Below are positions 48,765 through 57,075 of a stretch of DNA of 64,000 bases, in pieces. The number at the start of each line of letters is the position of its first letter. The stretch's first letter is position 1. The position numbers and the translations under genes are program-made. This DNA is from Candidatus Moraniibacteriota bacterium (GTDB taxonomy: Bacteria; Patescibacteriota; Minisyncoccia; Moranbacterales; UBA2206), in assembly GCA_026396175.1 (NCBI GenBank), contig JAPLXG010000006.1, positions 2,895-66,894 of the forward strand. Direction: 5' to 3'. The notes below the pieces were generated by a model, which saw only the letters and a program-made list of their open reading frames with translations, was not told the origin of the DNA and ran no database searches.

Positions 48765-49724
48765 ATGCAAAAAATAATCATCACAAAAGACAGTTCGGGA
48801 GAGCGATTGGATAAATTCCTCAGTAGCGGGGATTTTTTTGATGGCAAGATTACTCGGAGTGAAATTTCTCGGCAGATTAAAGCTGGGACAATTTTGGTGA
48901 ACGGGGAGAAAGTGAAATCGGGCTATGTACTTAAAAATAACGATGTGATTACTTTTGATTTCATCTTCACTGAAGAAAAAATAATTTTGCCGAAAGAGAA
49001 AAAAGAACTGCCGATTATTTTTTCCGATGAAAATATTATTGTGATTGATAAACCGGCGGGAATGCAGGTGCATCCGGATGATACGCGAAAGGAAGAAACA
49101 CTAGTGAATTATTTGGTGGCGCAATTTCCAGAAATTGAAACTGTTTGTGATAATACCAAGGAAGGAAAGTTGCGACCGGGAATTGTGCATCGGTTGGATA
49201 AGGATACGAGTGGCGTGATTGTGGTCGCAAGAAATATGGAAACATTCCTAGAACTGAAAAGGCAATTTCAAGACAAAGAAGTGGAAAAAAAATATCAAGC
49301 AATTGTGTACGGCGTGCCAGATCCGGCGGAAGGCGTGATTGAAAAAGCATTGGCGCGCTCGGGGGATTATCGTCGGCAAGTAGTGGCAGGACATAAAACT
49401 CGAACAAAAATTCGCGAAGCAGTCACTGGTTATCGAACGCTAAAAACACTGGGAGATAATTTTGCTCTTTTAGAACTTTCCCCTAAAACCGGACGGATGC
49501 ATCAGATTCGGGTGCATCTGACTTCAATCGGGCATCCGATTGTGGGGGATAAAAAGTATTTCTTGAGAGGCATCGAGCGACTCGATTCGGCCAGAAGGCA
49601 GTTGCTCCACGCACAGTCAATCAAATTTACGCTTTTTGGCAATGGTTATGAATTTAGCTCGCCACCTCCGCAGGATTTTTTGGATTTCGCCCATTTCCTT
49701 GACGAAACGGCTGGAAAGAGATAG
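48765..49724 (+). CDS. rluD: RluA-family pseudouridine synthase (RluD-like, S4 domain)
   Basis: HRLDKDTSGV catalytic motif; start at internal ATG 48765. Confidence 0.8.
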   Translation: MQKIIITKDSSGERLDKFLSSGDFFDGKITRSEISRQIKAGTILVNGEKVKSGYVLKNNDVITFDFIFTEEKIILPKEKKELPIIFSDENIIVIDKPAGMQVHPDDTRKEETLVNYLVAQFPEIETVCDNTKEGKLRPGIVHRLDKDTSGVIVVARNMETFLELKRQFQDKEVEKKYQAIVYGVPDPAEGVIEKALARSGDYRRQVVAGHKTRTKIREAVTGYRTLKTLGDNFALLELSPKTGRMHQIRVHLTSIGHPIVGDKKYFLRGIERLDSARRQLLHAQSIKFTLFGNGYEFSSPPPQDFLDFAHFLDETAGKR

Positions 49725-49884
49725 TATAAAAAAGCGAAAAATTGCACCACATGGTGAGATTTTCAGTGAAGTTTGAAAGGCTTTTGAGGCCTATTTTAGT
49801 TTAAAGTAATAATTTGCTATAATAGTATACGAATGGCGCGCTATTCCGAGAGCTCGGGACGCACATGCGAATATGTGAAAAAGT

Positions 49885-50334
49885 ATGGAAAAGAAAATTA
49901 TCGAATTTAATGCATCGCAGAGAGCTGTCAAAAACGAGCAGGAGTTTCACAGTGGAGATGTAGTGAAGGTATTCCTCCGAATCAAAGAAGGCGCCAAAGA
50001 AAGGACGCAACTTTTTGAAGGTCTCATTATCGCGGTCAAGGGTGGACAAAGTTCTTCTCCGACAATTACTGTGCGAAAAGTGACACATGACGTGGGAGTG
50101 GAAATGATTATTCCCGTTGGCTCTAAAAATGTGGAAAAGATTGAACTCGTGAAACGGGCTAAGGTGCGTCGCGCAAAATTATATTATGTCCGAACGCTGA
50201 CAACTAAACAAAGCCGGATGAAATATAAGGACGTCAAAGATGTGAATAAAAAAAATAAGCCAAAAGTTGAAGCTGTTAAGGCAGAAGTGGCTCCCGAGAA
50301 AATAGAAGAAAAAGTCGACGAAACTAAAGCTTAA
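49885..50334 (+). CDS. rplS: 50S ribosomal protein L19 with Lys-rich C-terminal extension
   Basis: canonical L19 core. Confidence 0.85.
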   Translation: MEKKIIEFNASQRAVKNEQEFHSGDVVKVFLRIKEGAKERTQLFEGLIIAVKGGQSSSPTITVRKVTHDVGVEMIIPVGSKNVEKIELVKRAKVRRAKLYYVRTLTTKQSRMKYKDVKDVNKKNKPKVEAVKAEVAPEKIEEKVDETKA

Positions 50335-50424
50335 ATAGTTTCTTATGGCCTTCGTGGTGCCATGCCTCGTCGGCAGGCCCCACACCATTTCACGTTTGAT
50401 TCCAAGTTATTTTTAAAATATATT

Positions 50425-50507
50425 GGGGGTATGGTGGAATTGGTATACACACATGCTTGAGGTGCATGGCCTTTATCGGCATGAGGGTTCGAGTCCCTCT
50501 ATCCCCA
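50425..50507 (+). tRNA. tRNA-Leu (anticodon GAG), type II
   Basis: Loop TTGAGGT, long variable arm; followed by CCCCACAC/GTGTGGGG hairpin. Confidence 0.8.
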
Positions 50508-50603
50508 CACAGAAATGGTGTGGGGCAAATATTCAACATATAATAAATAGAAGTTTACTTAGTTTTTTGTTACATGTTTTATGCTATATGTTGTATGACC
50601 CAG

Positions 50604-50676
50604 GGATCCTTAGCTCAATGGCTAGAGCACCTCGTTTACACCGAGGGGGTTATAGGTTCGAGTCCTATAGGGTCCA
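50604..50676 (+). tRNA. tRNA-Val (anticodon UAC)
   Basis: D-arm GCTCAATGGCTAGAGC, loop TTTACAC. Confidence 0.85.
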
Positions 50677-50680
50677 CAGT

Positions 50681-51003
50681 GCCGAGTTAGCTCAGTGGTA
50701 GAGCAGAGGACTGGTTTTCGGTCCGTTCCAGAGTAATTTGGAAATGAAAATTGGATGAATTCGAGGAAGCCTAAAACTAATTTTATTAGAAATGGTAATC
50801 TCGAGCTAAGCTTCAAAGGGCTTAAGGTTTTGAAGAAAGTGTAGAGACTAGCAAGTGAGTCCCAACAATAATCTTGCGCTAGCGTCCAATATCCTATTTT
50901 GCTAGTTAGTAAAAGGATAATGAAATAGTCCGATCCTTGGGGAAACTCAAGAAAAATAACAAGGAAAATCCTTGTGTCCCCGGTTCAATCCCGGGACTCG
51001 GCA
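50681..51003 (+). tRNA. tRNA-Phe (anticodon GAA) interrupted by a ~251-nt group I intron between U33 and G34
   Basis: 5' exon 50681-50712 (GCCGAGT acceptor .. GAGGA-CU), 3' exon 50964-51003 (GAAAA-UCCUU .. ACUCGGC-A); the joined sequence matches the canonical tRNA-Phe pattern. Confidence 0.75.
50713..50963 (+). ncRNA. group I intron (tRNA anticodon-loop type)
   Basis: P1: exon GGACU pairs intron GGUCC (50720-50724) with U.G at the splice site; R-like GUAGAGACUAGCAAG (~50841-50855) and S-like AAAUAGUCCGAUC (~50923-50935) give P7 GACUA/UAGUC; terminal G at 50963. Confidence 0.7.
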
Positions 51004-51071
51004 CAAATTGCATAAAATTGAAAGTCCGTTCGCGGGCTTGCCCGCCGTAGTCACGCTTCGGCGGGACGCAG

Positions 51072-51143
51072 GCGGGTGTCGTATAGTGGCTATTATATCA
51101 GCCTTCCAAGCTGAGGAGGGGGGTTCGATTCCCCCTACCCGCT
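51072..51143 (+). tRNA. tRNA-Gly (anticodon UCC)
   Basis: Near-identical architecture to E. coli tRNA-Gly(UCC): GCGGGTG..GTATAGTGGCTATTA..CTTCCAA..GGTTCGATTCC. Confidence 0.85.
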
Positions 51144-51154
51144 CAGATAAAATA

Positions 51155-51187
51155 GAAGTCTCCCTAAAAAGGAGATTTTTATTTTTT
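51155..51187 (+). terminator. rho-independent terminator after the tRNA cluster
   Basis: GTCTCC CTAAAAA GGAGAT TTTTATTTTTT; second terminator at 51344-51381 (CTCAAAAGCCCCGG..GGGGCTTTTGAG). Confidence 0.7.
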
Positions 51188-51318
51188 GTGTAGATTATTG
51201 ATTCAGGGGAATCGAAGGGTATTTCAGAAAAGTGAACTTCTTCACTTTTCTGAAAACCCAGGCTCTGAGGGAGGAGCGAAGCCTGTGCCGTAGGCACGCG
51301 CGTAGCGACGGATGAAGA

Positions 51319-51340
51319 GGATTCCCCCTACCCGCTCCAA
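51319..51340 (+). repeat. duplicated 3' end of tRNA-Gly (T-loop + acceptor + CCA), part of a ~160-bp tandem duplication
   Basis: GGATTCCCCCTACCCGCTCCA repeats tRNA-Gly 51123-51143; each copy is followed by a terminator and the direct repeat GGGGAA(A)TCGAAGGGTATTT (51225 and 51385). Confidence 0.6.
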
Positions 51341-51501
51341 AAAACTCAAAAGCCCCGGGATATTTCTGGGGCTTTTGAGTTTAAGGGGAAATCGAAGGGT
51401 ATTTTTAAAAAGCAAGTTTGAACTGATAACTATGCTTGTTTGGGCAATAGCGGGTATTGTGATAAAATATAGAGCGTTGAGATAAAAGCTAGGATAAAAA
51501 G

Positions 51502-52191
51502 ATGCAGGAAAAAAATAAAATTAGAATTGAAATTATAATTGGGCTAATTGTGGCTATCGCAGTGAGCATAGGCTGGTCCGCTTGGTTTGGTACTAAAAAT
51601 CCCCAGACCGGTTTTCAACGCATCGCATCAATTGTGGGAGGCGGTAAATTAAAACCTGGGGTCACGCCGGAGATTATGTTTTTGGGAGATAGTATCACAG
51701 CGCGTGAAGACTGGAATGTTTTGTTTAAATCTTCGAATATCATGAATGCGGGCATTTCCGGAAATACGACGGACGATGTCATTGCCAGATTGGATTCGGT
51801 GCTCCAGGCTAAACCAAAAAAAATATTTTTAATGATAGGAATCAATGATTTATTGCGCGGAAAGAACATCCTTTATATTTTGGCAAATTACGGGACAATA
51901 TTAAATAAAATCAAATTAGACTCGCCCGGTGCGTTAGTATATATTCAAAGTGTATTGCCGATAAATAATGATATTTCAACCCAGGGGACAGTAGACGGTC
52001 AAAAAATTATCGCATTAAATAATCAGCTCAAAGCATTGGCTGATAAAAATGGAGAAATTTTTATTGAGTTATATCCCTATTTTTGCGGAGCTGATGCTAA
52101 ATTATATTTGAAATATACCAACGACGGGTTGCATCCCAATGCTTATGGATATATGCTTTGGAAAGATTTGATCGGACAGTATTTGAAATAA
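51502..52191 (+). CDS. SGNH/GDSL hydrolase-family protein
   Basis: GDSIT block I and DGLHPN block V; N-terminal TM helix. Confidence 0.7.
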   Translation: MQEKNKIRIEIIIGLIVAIAVSIGWSAWFGTKNPQTGFQRIASIVGGGKLKPGVTPEIMFLGDSITAREDWNVLFKSSNIMNAGISGNTTDDVIARLDSVLQAKPKKIFLMIGINDLLRGKNILYILANYGTILNKIKLDSPGALVYIQSVLPINNDISTQGTVDGQKIIALNNQLKALADKNGEIFIELYPYFCGADAKLYLKYTNDGLHPNAYGYMLWKDLIGQYLK

Positions 52192-52270
52192 TTTTAACTT
52201 AGCATTTTCTGGCGTAGTGAAATAACTAACGTGAATTAAGTGTGGTCGATAGCAGCCACGGAAAAGTTTT

Positions 52271-53359
52271 ATGGACATATCAAAAGCAATAAATCTCATG
52301 AGAATACCGATGGCATTTTGGGTGGTTTGGTTTCACTCATATATTTCCAATGTTCCAGAGCCGATGATGTATACTTTTAGTTTTTTAGTTTTTAATATTC
52401 GATCACTGCCAGCGATTTTTTTTAATGATGCAGCCTTTTTAGGAGTAATTGCCGTGAATATCTTCATTATCATTTCCGGCTTTGGACTAACCTATTCGCA
52501 TTACAGAAAAAAACCAATCTCAAATTATCGATACTTTAAAAAAAGATTTCAAAGAATCATGCCAATCTATTGGATCGCTTTGACTTTCGCAATCCTTTGG
52601 AACATTTATGTGTTTAATTATATTCCATCGTGGTTTTCTATTTTCACGCACATTCTGGGAATTCATGTATTTTTCCCCGCGACGCTTTACGACATCAATG
52701 GTTCTTTGTGGTTCGTGGGGTTGCTTATTCCGTTCTACATAACATTTCCAATTCTGATAAAGATATATGAATCAAAATATGGTTTTTGGAAGTTAATTAT
52801 CCTCGGCGTTCTGGCCAAGATTTTAATCGGACTATTTATTTATCCCAATTTCAGCAATCCTCCTAAGCTTTGGCTTGAATTTTTGGTGGATTTTGCTCTT
52901 GGTATGCATCTGGCGAAAAGATATGTTTTGGATGAAATAAAAACGATTCCCAATGCAATCGCGCTACCGGCAATTTTTCTGTCCATCTGCGCCGTTCTGG
53001 TTAGTCGCAATTCCTACATCGATCTTCATTCACTGCAAGATCCTTACTTGCACAGTGTATATGCCGTGATTATTCTTTTTGGAATGATCGGCCTATTTAA
53101 TCTTTTCCCAAGATTTTCGCAAAAAATTTCCGCTTCGAAAATTCATAAGCTTCTTCTCGCTACTGTTTTGGAAATATATCTTTTTCATTCTCCCCTGGTT
53201 GATTATGTGAAGTATGGTCAAGATATATTGCATGGTGATCCTGTCAGAACATTTTTTTTCGCACTGGGAATTTTCCTGGTCTTGGGATTTGGTATAGCGC
53301 TAATCCAGACGTGCTTCGCGTATGTTTATGGACAGATTACCAAAAGAAAAATAGCTTAG
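52271..53359 (+). CDS. acyltransferase family 3 (AT3) membrane protein
   Basis: 362 aa polytopic; AT3-like. Confidence 0.65.
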   Translation: MDISKAINLMRIPMAFWVVWFHSYISNVPEPMMYTFSFLVFNIRSLPAIFFNDAAFLGVIAVNIFIIISGFGLTYSHYRKKPISNYRYFKKRFQRIMPIYWIALTFAILWNIYVFNYIPSWFSIFTHILGIHVFFPATLYDINGSLWFVGLLIPFYITFPILIKIYESKYGFWKLIILGVLAKILIGLFIYPNFSNPPKLWLEFLVDFALGMHLAKRYVLDEIKTIPNAIALPAIFLSICAVLVSRNSYIDLHSLQDPYLHSVYAVIILFGMIGLFNLFPRFSQKISASKIHKLLLATVLEIYLFHSPLVDYVKYGQDILHGDPVRTFFFALGIFLVLGFGIALIQTCFAYVYGQITKRKIA

Positions 53360-53442
53360 TTTTGACCTTCCTCAAATTTGTGCTATGGTGGAAAAGCAAT
53401 GGGGGTGAATATCTCCAGACTAAGAAATTATCGCCAGGAGAT

Positions 53443-55437
53443 ATGAAAAAACGAACAGGTTGGTACTATTTGAAAGAGGTTATTTTGGGTGTCATTGGCG
53501 CTCTTTTTATGGTCTTGTTGGGAGCAGCTATTGCCACTTTTTTTGTCTATAAGAATCACACGCCGAGTGTGGCGGAGATTTCCAGTTACCGTCCGCCACA
53601 AACTTCTATTATTTATGATCGCACGGGAAAAATTGTGCTCTATAAGATCCACGGCGAAGAAAATCGCAAAGTGCTCGCGCATGATGAAATTCCGAATGTT
53701 GTGCGGATTGCGACCGTGGCGACGGAGGATAAAATTTTTTACAGCCATTTTGGAGTCGATTTCTTTTCCATTCTGCGCGCAATGAAAGTTAATGTCGAAA
53801 ATGGCGATATGTCTCAAGGCGGGTCCACGATAACCCAACAGCTGGCGCGTAACGTATATCTCAATCGCGAAAAAACTTTGCGGAGAAAAATTATGGAGAC
53901 ACTGATTGCTTTCAAGATTGAGAAAAATTTTACCAAAGATCAGATTCTAGATCGCTACCTCAATCAAGTGCCCTATGGGTCCAATGCTTATGGCATCGAA
54001 GCGGCGGCGGAAATATTTTTTGGGAAAAGCGCAAAAGAACTCACGCTCGATGAGGCAGTATTTTTAGCGGCACTGCCGAAAGCCCCGACTTATTATTCGC
54101 CATATGGGGATAACGCAGACAAACTGGTGGATCGTTATCAGGGCATTTTAGATCAAATGGCGCAGTTGAAATTGGCCTCGCCAGATGAAATTCAGTCGGC
54201 TAAAAAAATAAATATTTTAGCCAAAGTCCAGCCGTTTCGCGAACCGATCGTAGCGCCGCATTTTGTTTTCTACGTAACAGAACAACTGGAAGCAAAATAT
54301 GGACGAGACTTTTTGGAGCGCGGGGGACTGAAAATAATTACGACACTTGACTGCGGTTTACAAAAAATTGGAGAAAAAGTTGTGGCAGATGGAGGGGCAA
54401 GAAATGTCGGTTATGGCGCGAATAATGCGGCGCTTGTCGCAACGGATCCTAAAACGGGAGATGTTCTCGCGATGGTGGGCAGTCGGGATTTTTTCAACCC
54501 GGCAATTGATGGACAGGTCAATGTGGCAATTCGACTGCGTCAACCAGGGTCATCGTTCAAACCGATTGTCTATGCGACGGCATTTGAAAAAGGTTATCAG
54601 CCGGAAACCCTAATTGCCGATGAGCCGACTAATTTCGGTCCGGATGGTGGCGGAATCAGTTATATCCCCCAAAACTATGACGGAAAATTTCACGGCGTAC
54701 TTCCAATGCGAAAAACACTCGCGATGTCACTTAATATTCCAGCCATTAAAACGCTAGCACTGGTGGGAATAGATAGCGCGATTGACATGGCGCATCGTCT
54801 GGGAATCACAACACTAAATAATCGGAAGCGCTATGGTTTGTCGATGGCAATCGGTGGCGCGGAAGTAAAACTAATTGATATGGCGAGTGCTTTTGGGGTT
54901 TTTGCTACTGAAGGGAAAAGATTTCAAGCCCATTCTATCTTAGAAATCGTCGACAATAGCGGTCAGTCCTATTTTGACAAAACTCAAGGCGAACAGGTTA
55001 TTGATGTCCAAGTAGCACGGAAAATCAACTCTATTCTTTCTGATAATAATGCTCGTTCGGCAATTTTTGGACCAAATAGTCCACTCTATATTCCTGGCAG
55101 AACAGTCGCGGCGAAAACCGGAACATCCCAAGAATTCCGTGATGCTTGGACGGTTGGCTACACGCCATCAATCGCGGTGGGAGTTTGGGCGGGGAATAAT
55201 GATTCGCGTCCGATGCACGCAGGGTCAGATGGCGTATTTGTCGCCGCTCCAATATGGCGCAGCTTTATGGACGCTGTACTTTCGCGTTATCCCAACGAAG
55301 GTTTTGTGGGGTATCAAGCTGTGGCTGGTGATGAAAAAGTGGCCTTAAGTCAAGATCAGATTGATAAACTCACTCAAGATCAAAAAGACGCGGAGAAAGC
55401 GCAAAAGAAGGCGGATAAAAAGAAGAAGAAGCATTAG
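53443..55437 (+). CDS. mrcA: class A penicillin-binding protein (GT51 glycosyltransferase plus transpeptidase)
   Basis: EDKIFYSHFGVD, GGSTITQQLARN, SSFKP and KTGTS motifs; start at ATG 53443 with AGGAG RBS. Confidence 0.85.
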   Translation: MKKRTGWYYLKEVILGVIGALFMVLLGAAIATFFVYKNHTPSVAEISSYRPPQTSIIYDRTGKIVLYKIHGEENRKVLAHDEIPNVVRIATVATEDKIFYSHFGVDFFSILRAMKVNVENGDMSQGGSTITQQLARNVYLNREKTLRRKIMETLIAFKIEKNFTKDQILDRYLNQVPYGSNAYGIEAAAEIFFGKSAKELTLDEAVFLAALPKAPTYYSPYGDNADKLVDRYQGILDQMAQLKLASPDEIQSAKKINILAKVQPFREPIVAPHFVFYVTEQLEAKYGRDFLERGGLKIITTLDCGLQKIGEKVVADGGARNVGYGANNAALVATDPKTGDVLAMVGSRDFFNPAIDGQVNVAIRLRQPGSSFKPIVYATAFEKGYQPETLIADEPTNFGPDGGGISYIPQNYDGKFHGVLPMRKTLAMSLNIPAIKTLALVGIDSAIDMAHRLGITTLNNRKRYGLSMAIGGAEVKLIDMASAFGVFATEGKRFQAHSILEIVDNSGQSYFDKTQGEQVIDVQVARKINSILSDNNARSAIFGPNSPLYIPGRTVAAKTGTSQEFRDAWTVGYTPSIAVGVWAGNNDSRPMHAGSDGVFVAAPIWRSFMDAVLSRYPNEGFVGYQAVAGDEKVALSQDQIDKLTQDQKDAEKAQKKADKKKKKH

Positions 55438-55446
55438 AAAATTTAC

Positions 55447-55474
55447 GCAGGAGTGGGTTTGTAACCCGCTCCTC
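55447..55474 (+). terminator. terminator hairpin after the PBP gene (GGGTTTGTAACCC family; related copies at 14761-14795 and 55566-55585)
   Basis: GCAGGAGTGGGTTTGTAACCCGCTCCTC; additional AAAGCCCTTAGCGGGCTTTTTT at 55606-55630. Confidence 0.6.
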
Positions 55475-55700
55475 TTATTCTACTAGTCATAAAACAATAC
55501 GATGTTGCCATTTAAACGCTAACGACCAAGCAAATAGTGAGTAAAATGTGCGAAACGGGTTGCAAACCCGTTCCTGCTTTAATTTTTCTTAGCCCAAAGC
55601 CCTTAGCGGGCTTTTTTGATTTTCAGGGCTTATTTAAGCCGAAAGTGGCGAAATGACTAAAATCGAATGGCTTATTTGAGCCAAAATAGAGCTAGAACGC

Positions 55701-55729
55701 TTGACTTCTGGCTGGTTATTTGCTACACT
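55701..55729 (+). promoter_or_regulatory. sigma70-like promoter TTGACT-17-TACACT for the 3D-domain gene, leaving a ~150-nt structured leader
   Basis: TTGACT 55701-55706, TACACT 55724-55729. Confidence 0.5.
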
Positions 55730-55744
55730 ATTTGGTCAATCTGA

Positions 55745-55889
55745 AAAGGGGTCCGAGCCCCCCACTAACCCAATTTTAGGGGTTAGCGTGGAAAATAAAT
55801 GGCCTAAAGAATGGCATATAACCTGGACAAGTCGAGTTTGGGTTAGAAGGGGCAAGCCTTGGTTGACGCTTAACAATTAAAGTTTATGT
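55745..55889 (+). promoter_or_regulatory. structured 5' leader, candidate riboswitch (possibly c-di-AMP/ydaO-like)
   Basis: GGGGUCCGAGCCCCCC, ACUAACCC..GGGGUUAG stem, upstream of a cell-wall hydrolase-type gene. Confidence 0.3.
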
Positions 55890-56441
55890 ATGCGTATTAG
55901 TACGAAATTGGCTGTACTTGCCGGTTTCTCTCTTGCTCTAAGTTTTGGGGTAATGACAGGAACAGCGAGCGCCGACGAGTCTAATCAAACAAAAATAAAC
56001 TTCAATATTGCCGAAAATTTACTCTCTCTGAGCCAAGCAGAAGTTTGCATGGCAGCAGAAATCACTCCTGACGCTCCGGCCGAAGAGGTGAAAAAAGAGG
56101 AAACTCCAACAATCGAAACTAAAAAAGTACTTAAAAATAGCAATCTTCCCGAAGGTAAATTTATCATCAATGCTTCAGCGTACACAGCTTCTGCTGATGA
56201 ATGTGGCAAGAGCGATGGAATTACCGCGTCAGGTGCGAAAGTTCGTGAAAACGAAACAATCGCTTGTCCCAAGAGCTTTGCTTTTGGAACAAAAGTGAAT
56301 ATCGAAGGTTACGGAACCTATATTTGTCAGGATCGCGGAGGTGCGATCAAGGGAAATAAGATCGATATCTATGTGAAAACAAAAACCGAAGCATTTGCTT
56401 TCGGTAGACGAAATTTAGTCGCTCAGATTGTGACTGAATAG
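55890..56441 (+). CDS. secreted 3D-domain (MltA-like) cell-wall protein
   Basis: signal peptide; C-terminal 3D domain. Confidence 0.6.
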   Translation: MRISTKLAVLAGFSLALSFGVMTGTASADESNQTKINFNIAENLLSLSQAEVCMAAEITPDAPAEEVKKEETPTIETKKVLKNSNLPEGKFIINASAYTASADECGKSDGITASGAKVRENETIACPKSFAFGTKVNIEGYGTYICQDRGGAIKGNKIDIYVKTKTEAFAFGRRNLVAQIVTE

Positions 56442-56538
56442 TCAAAAAGAGCACTCCGAGCAATCGGGGTGCTTTTTTGACTTTGATTGACTTTGCGACT
56501 CTAGCTTGGTAGTATTTATCTTGTAGTCGTTTATTGCA

Positions 56539-56571
56539 AATTGGTCCGGTGGCCGAGCAGTTAGGCAAGGG
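56539..56571 (+). pseudogene. 5' fragment of tRNA-Cys (acceptor to anticodon loop), displaced copy
   Basis: 33 nt GGTCCGGTGGCCGAGCAGTTAGGCAAGGGTCTG match positions 1-34 of the complete tRNA-Cys at 56871 with 3 substitutions, then diverge into the GIY-YIG gene. Confidence 0.65.
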
Positions 56572-56615
56572 TCTGTCTGGCTACGCCAGATCTCGCGTAG
56601 CGAGACAAAACTTCT

Positions 56616-56861
56616 ATGGAATATTTCACATATGTGCTAGTAAGCGCAAAAAATGGCGATTTATACGTTGGAAGCACAGCGAACATTGAAAAGCGGCTTG
56701 GCTTGCATAACAAAGGAAAAGTTAGATCTACGAAGCCGAATCGCCCGTGGAAGCTATTGGAAGCTCATTCTTTTAATATAAGGAGTGAAGCATTTAGGTA
56801 CGAGAAATTTTTAAAGACACACCAACAAAAAGAGTTGATAAAAGGGAGACATAATTTATAA
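56616..56861 (+). CDS. GIY-YIG nuclease-family protein
   Basis: YVLVSAKNGDLYVGSTANIEKRLGLHN GIY-YIG core; lies between a 5' tRNA-Cys fragment and the complete tRNA-Cys. Confidence 0.7.
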   Translation: MEYFTYVLVSAKNGDLYVGSTANIEKRLGLHNKGKVRSTKPNRPWKLLEAHSFNIRSEAFRYEKFLKTHQQKELIKGRHNL

Positions 56862-56870
56862 TGGTAAAAT

Positions 56871-56941
56871 GGTCCGATGGCCGAGTGGTTAGGCAAGGGT
56901 CTGCAAAACCCTGTACGGCGGTTCAATTCCGCCTCGGACCT
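56871..56941 (+). tRNA. tRNA-Cys (anticodon GCA)
   Basis: GGTCCGA acceptor, loop CTGCAAA, T-arm GGCGGTTCAATTCCGCC. Confidence 0.85.
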
Positions 56942-56953
56942 CAAATGTATTTT

Positions 56954-57036
56954 GGGCGAGTGGTGGAATGGTATACACTCAACACTTAAAATGTTGCGGA
57001 GCTTGCTCCATGAGGGTTCGAGTCCCTCCTCGCCCA
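56954..57036 (+). tRNA. tRNA-Leu (anticodon UAA), type II
   Basis: Loop CTTAAAA, long variable arm. Confidence 0.8.
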
Positions 57037-57075
57037 CAGTGAATTTAGTATCAAAAAAATCGCCGATGAGGCGAT

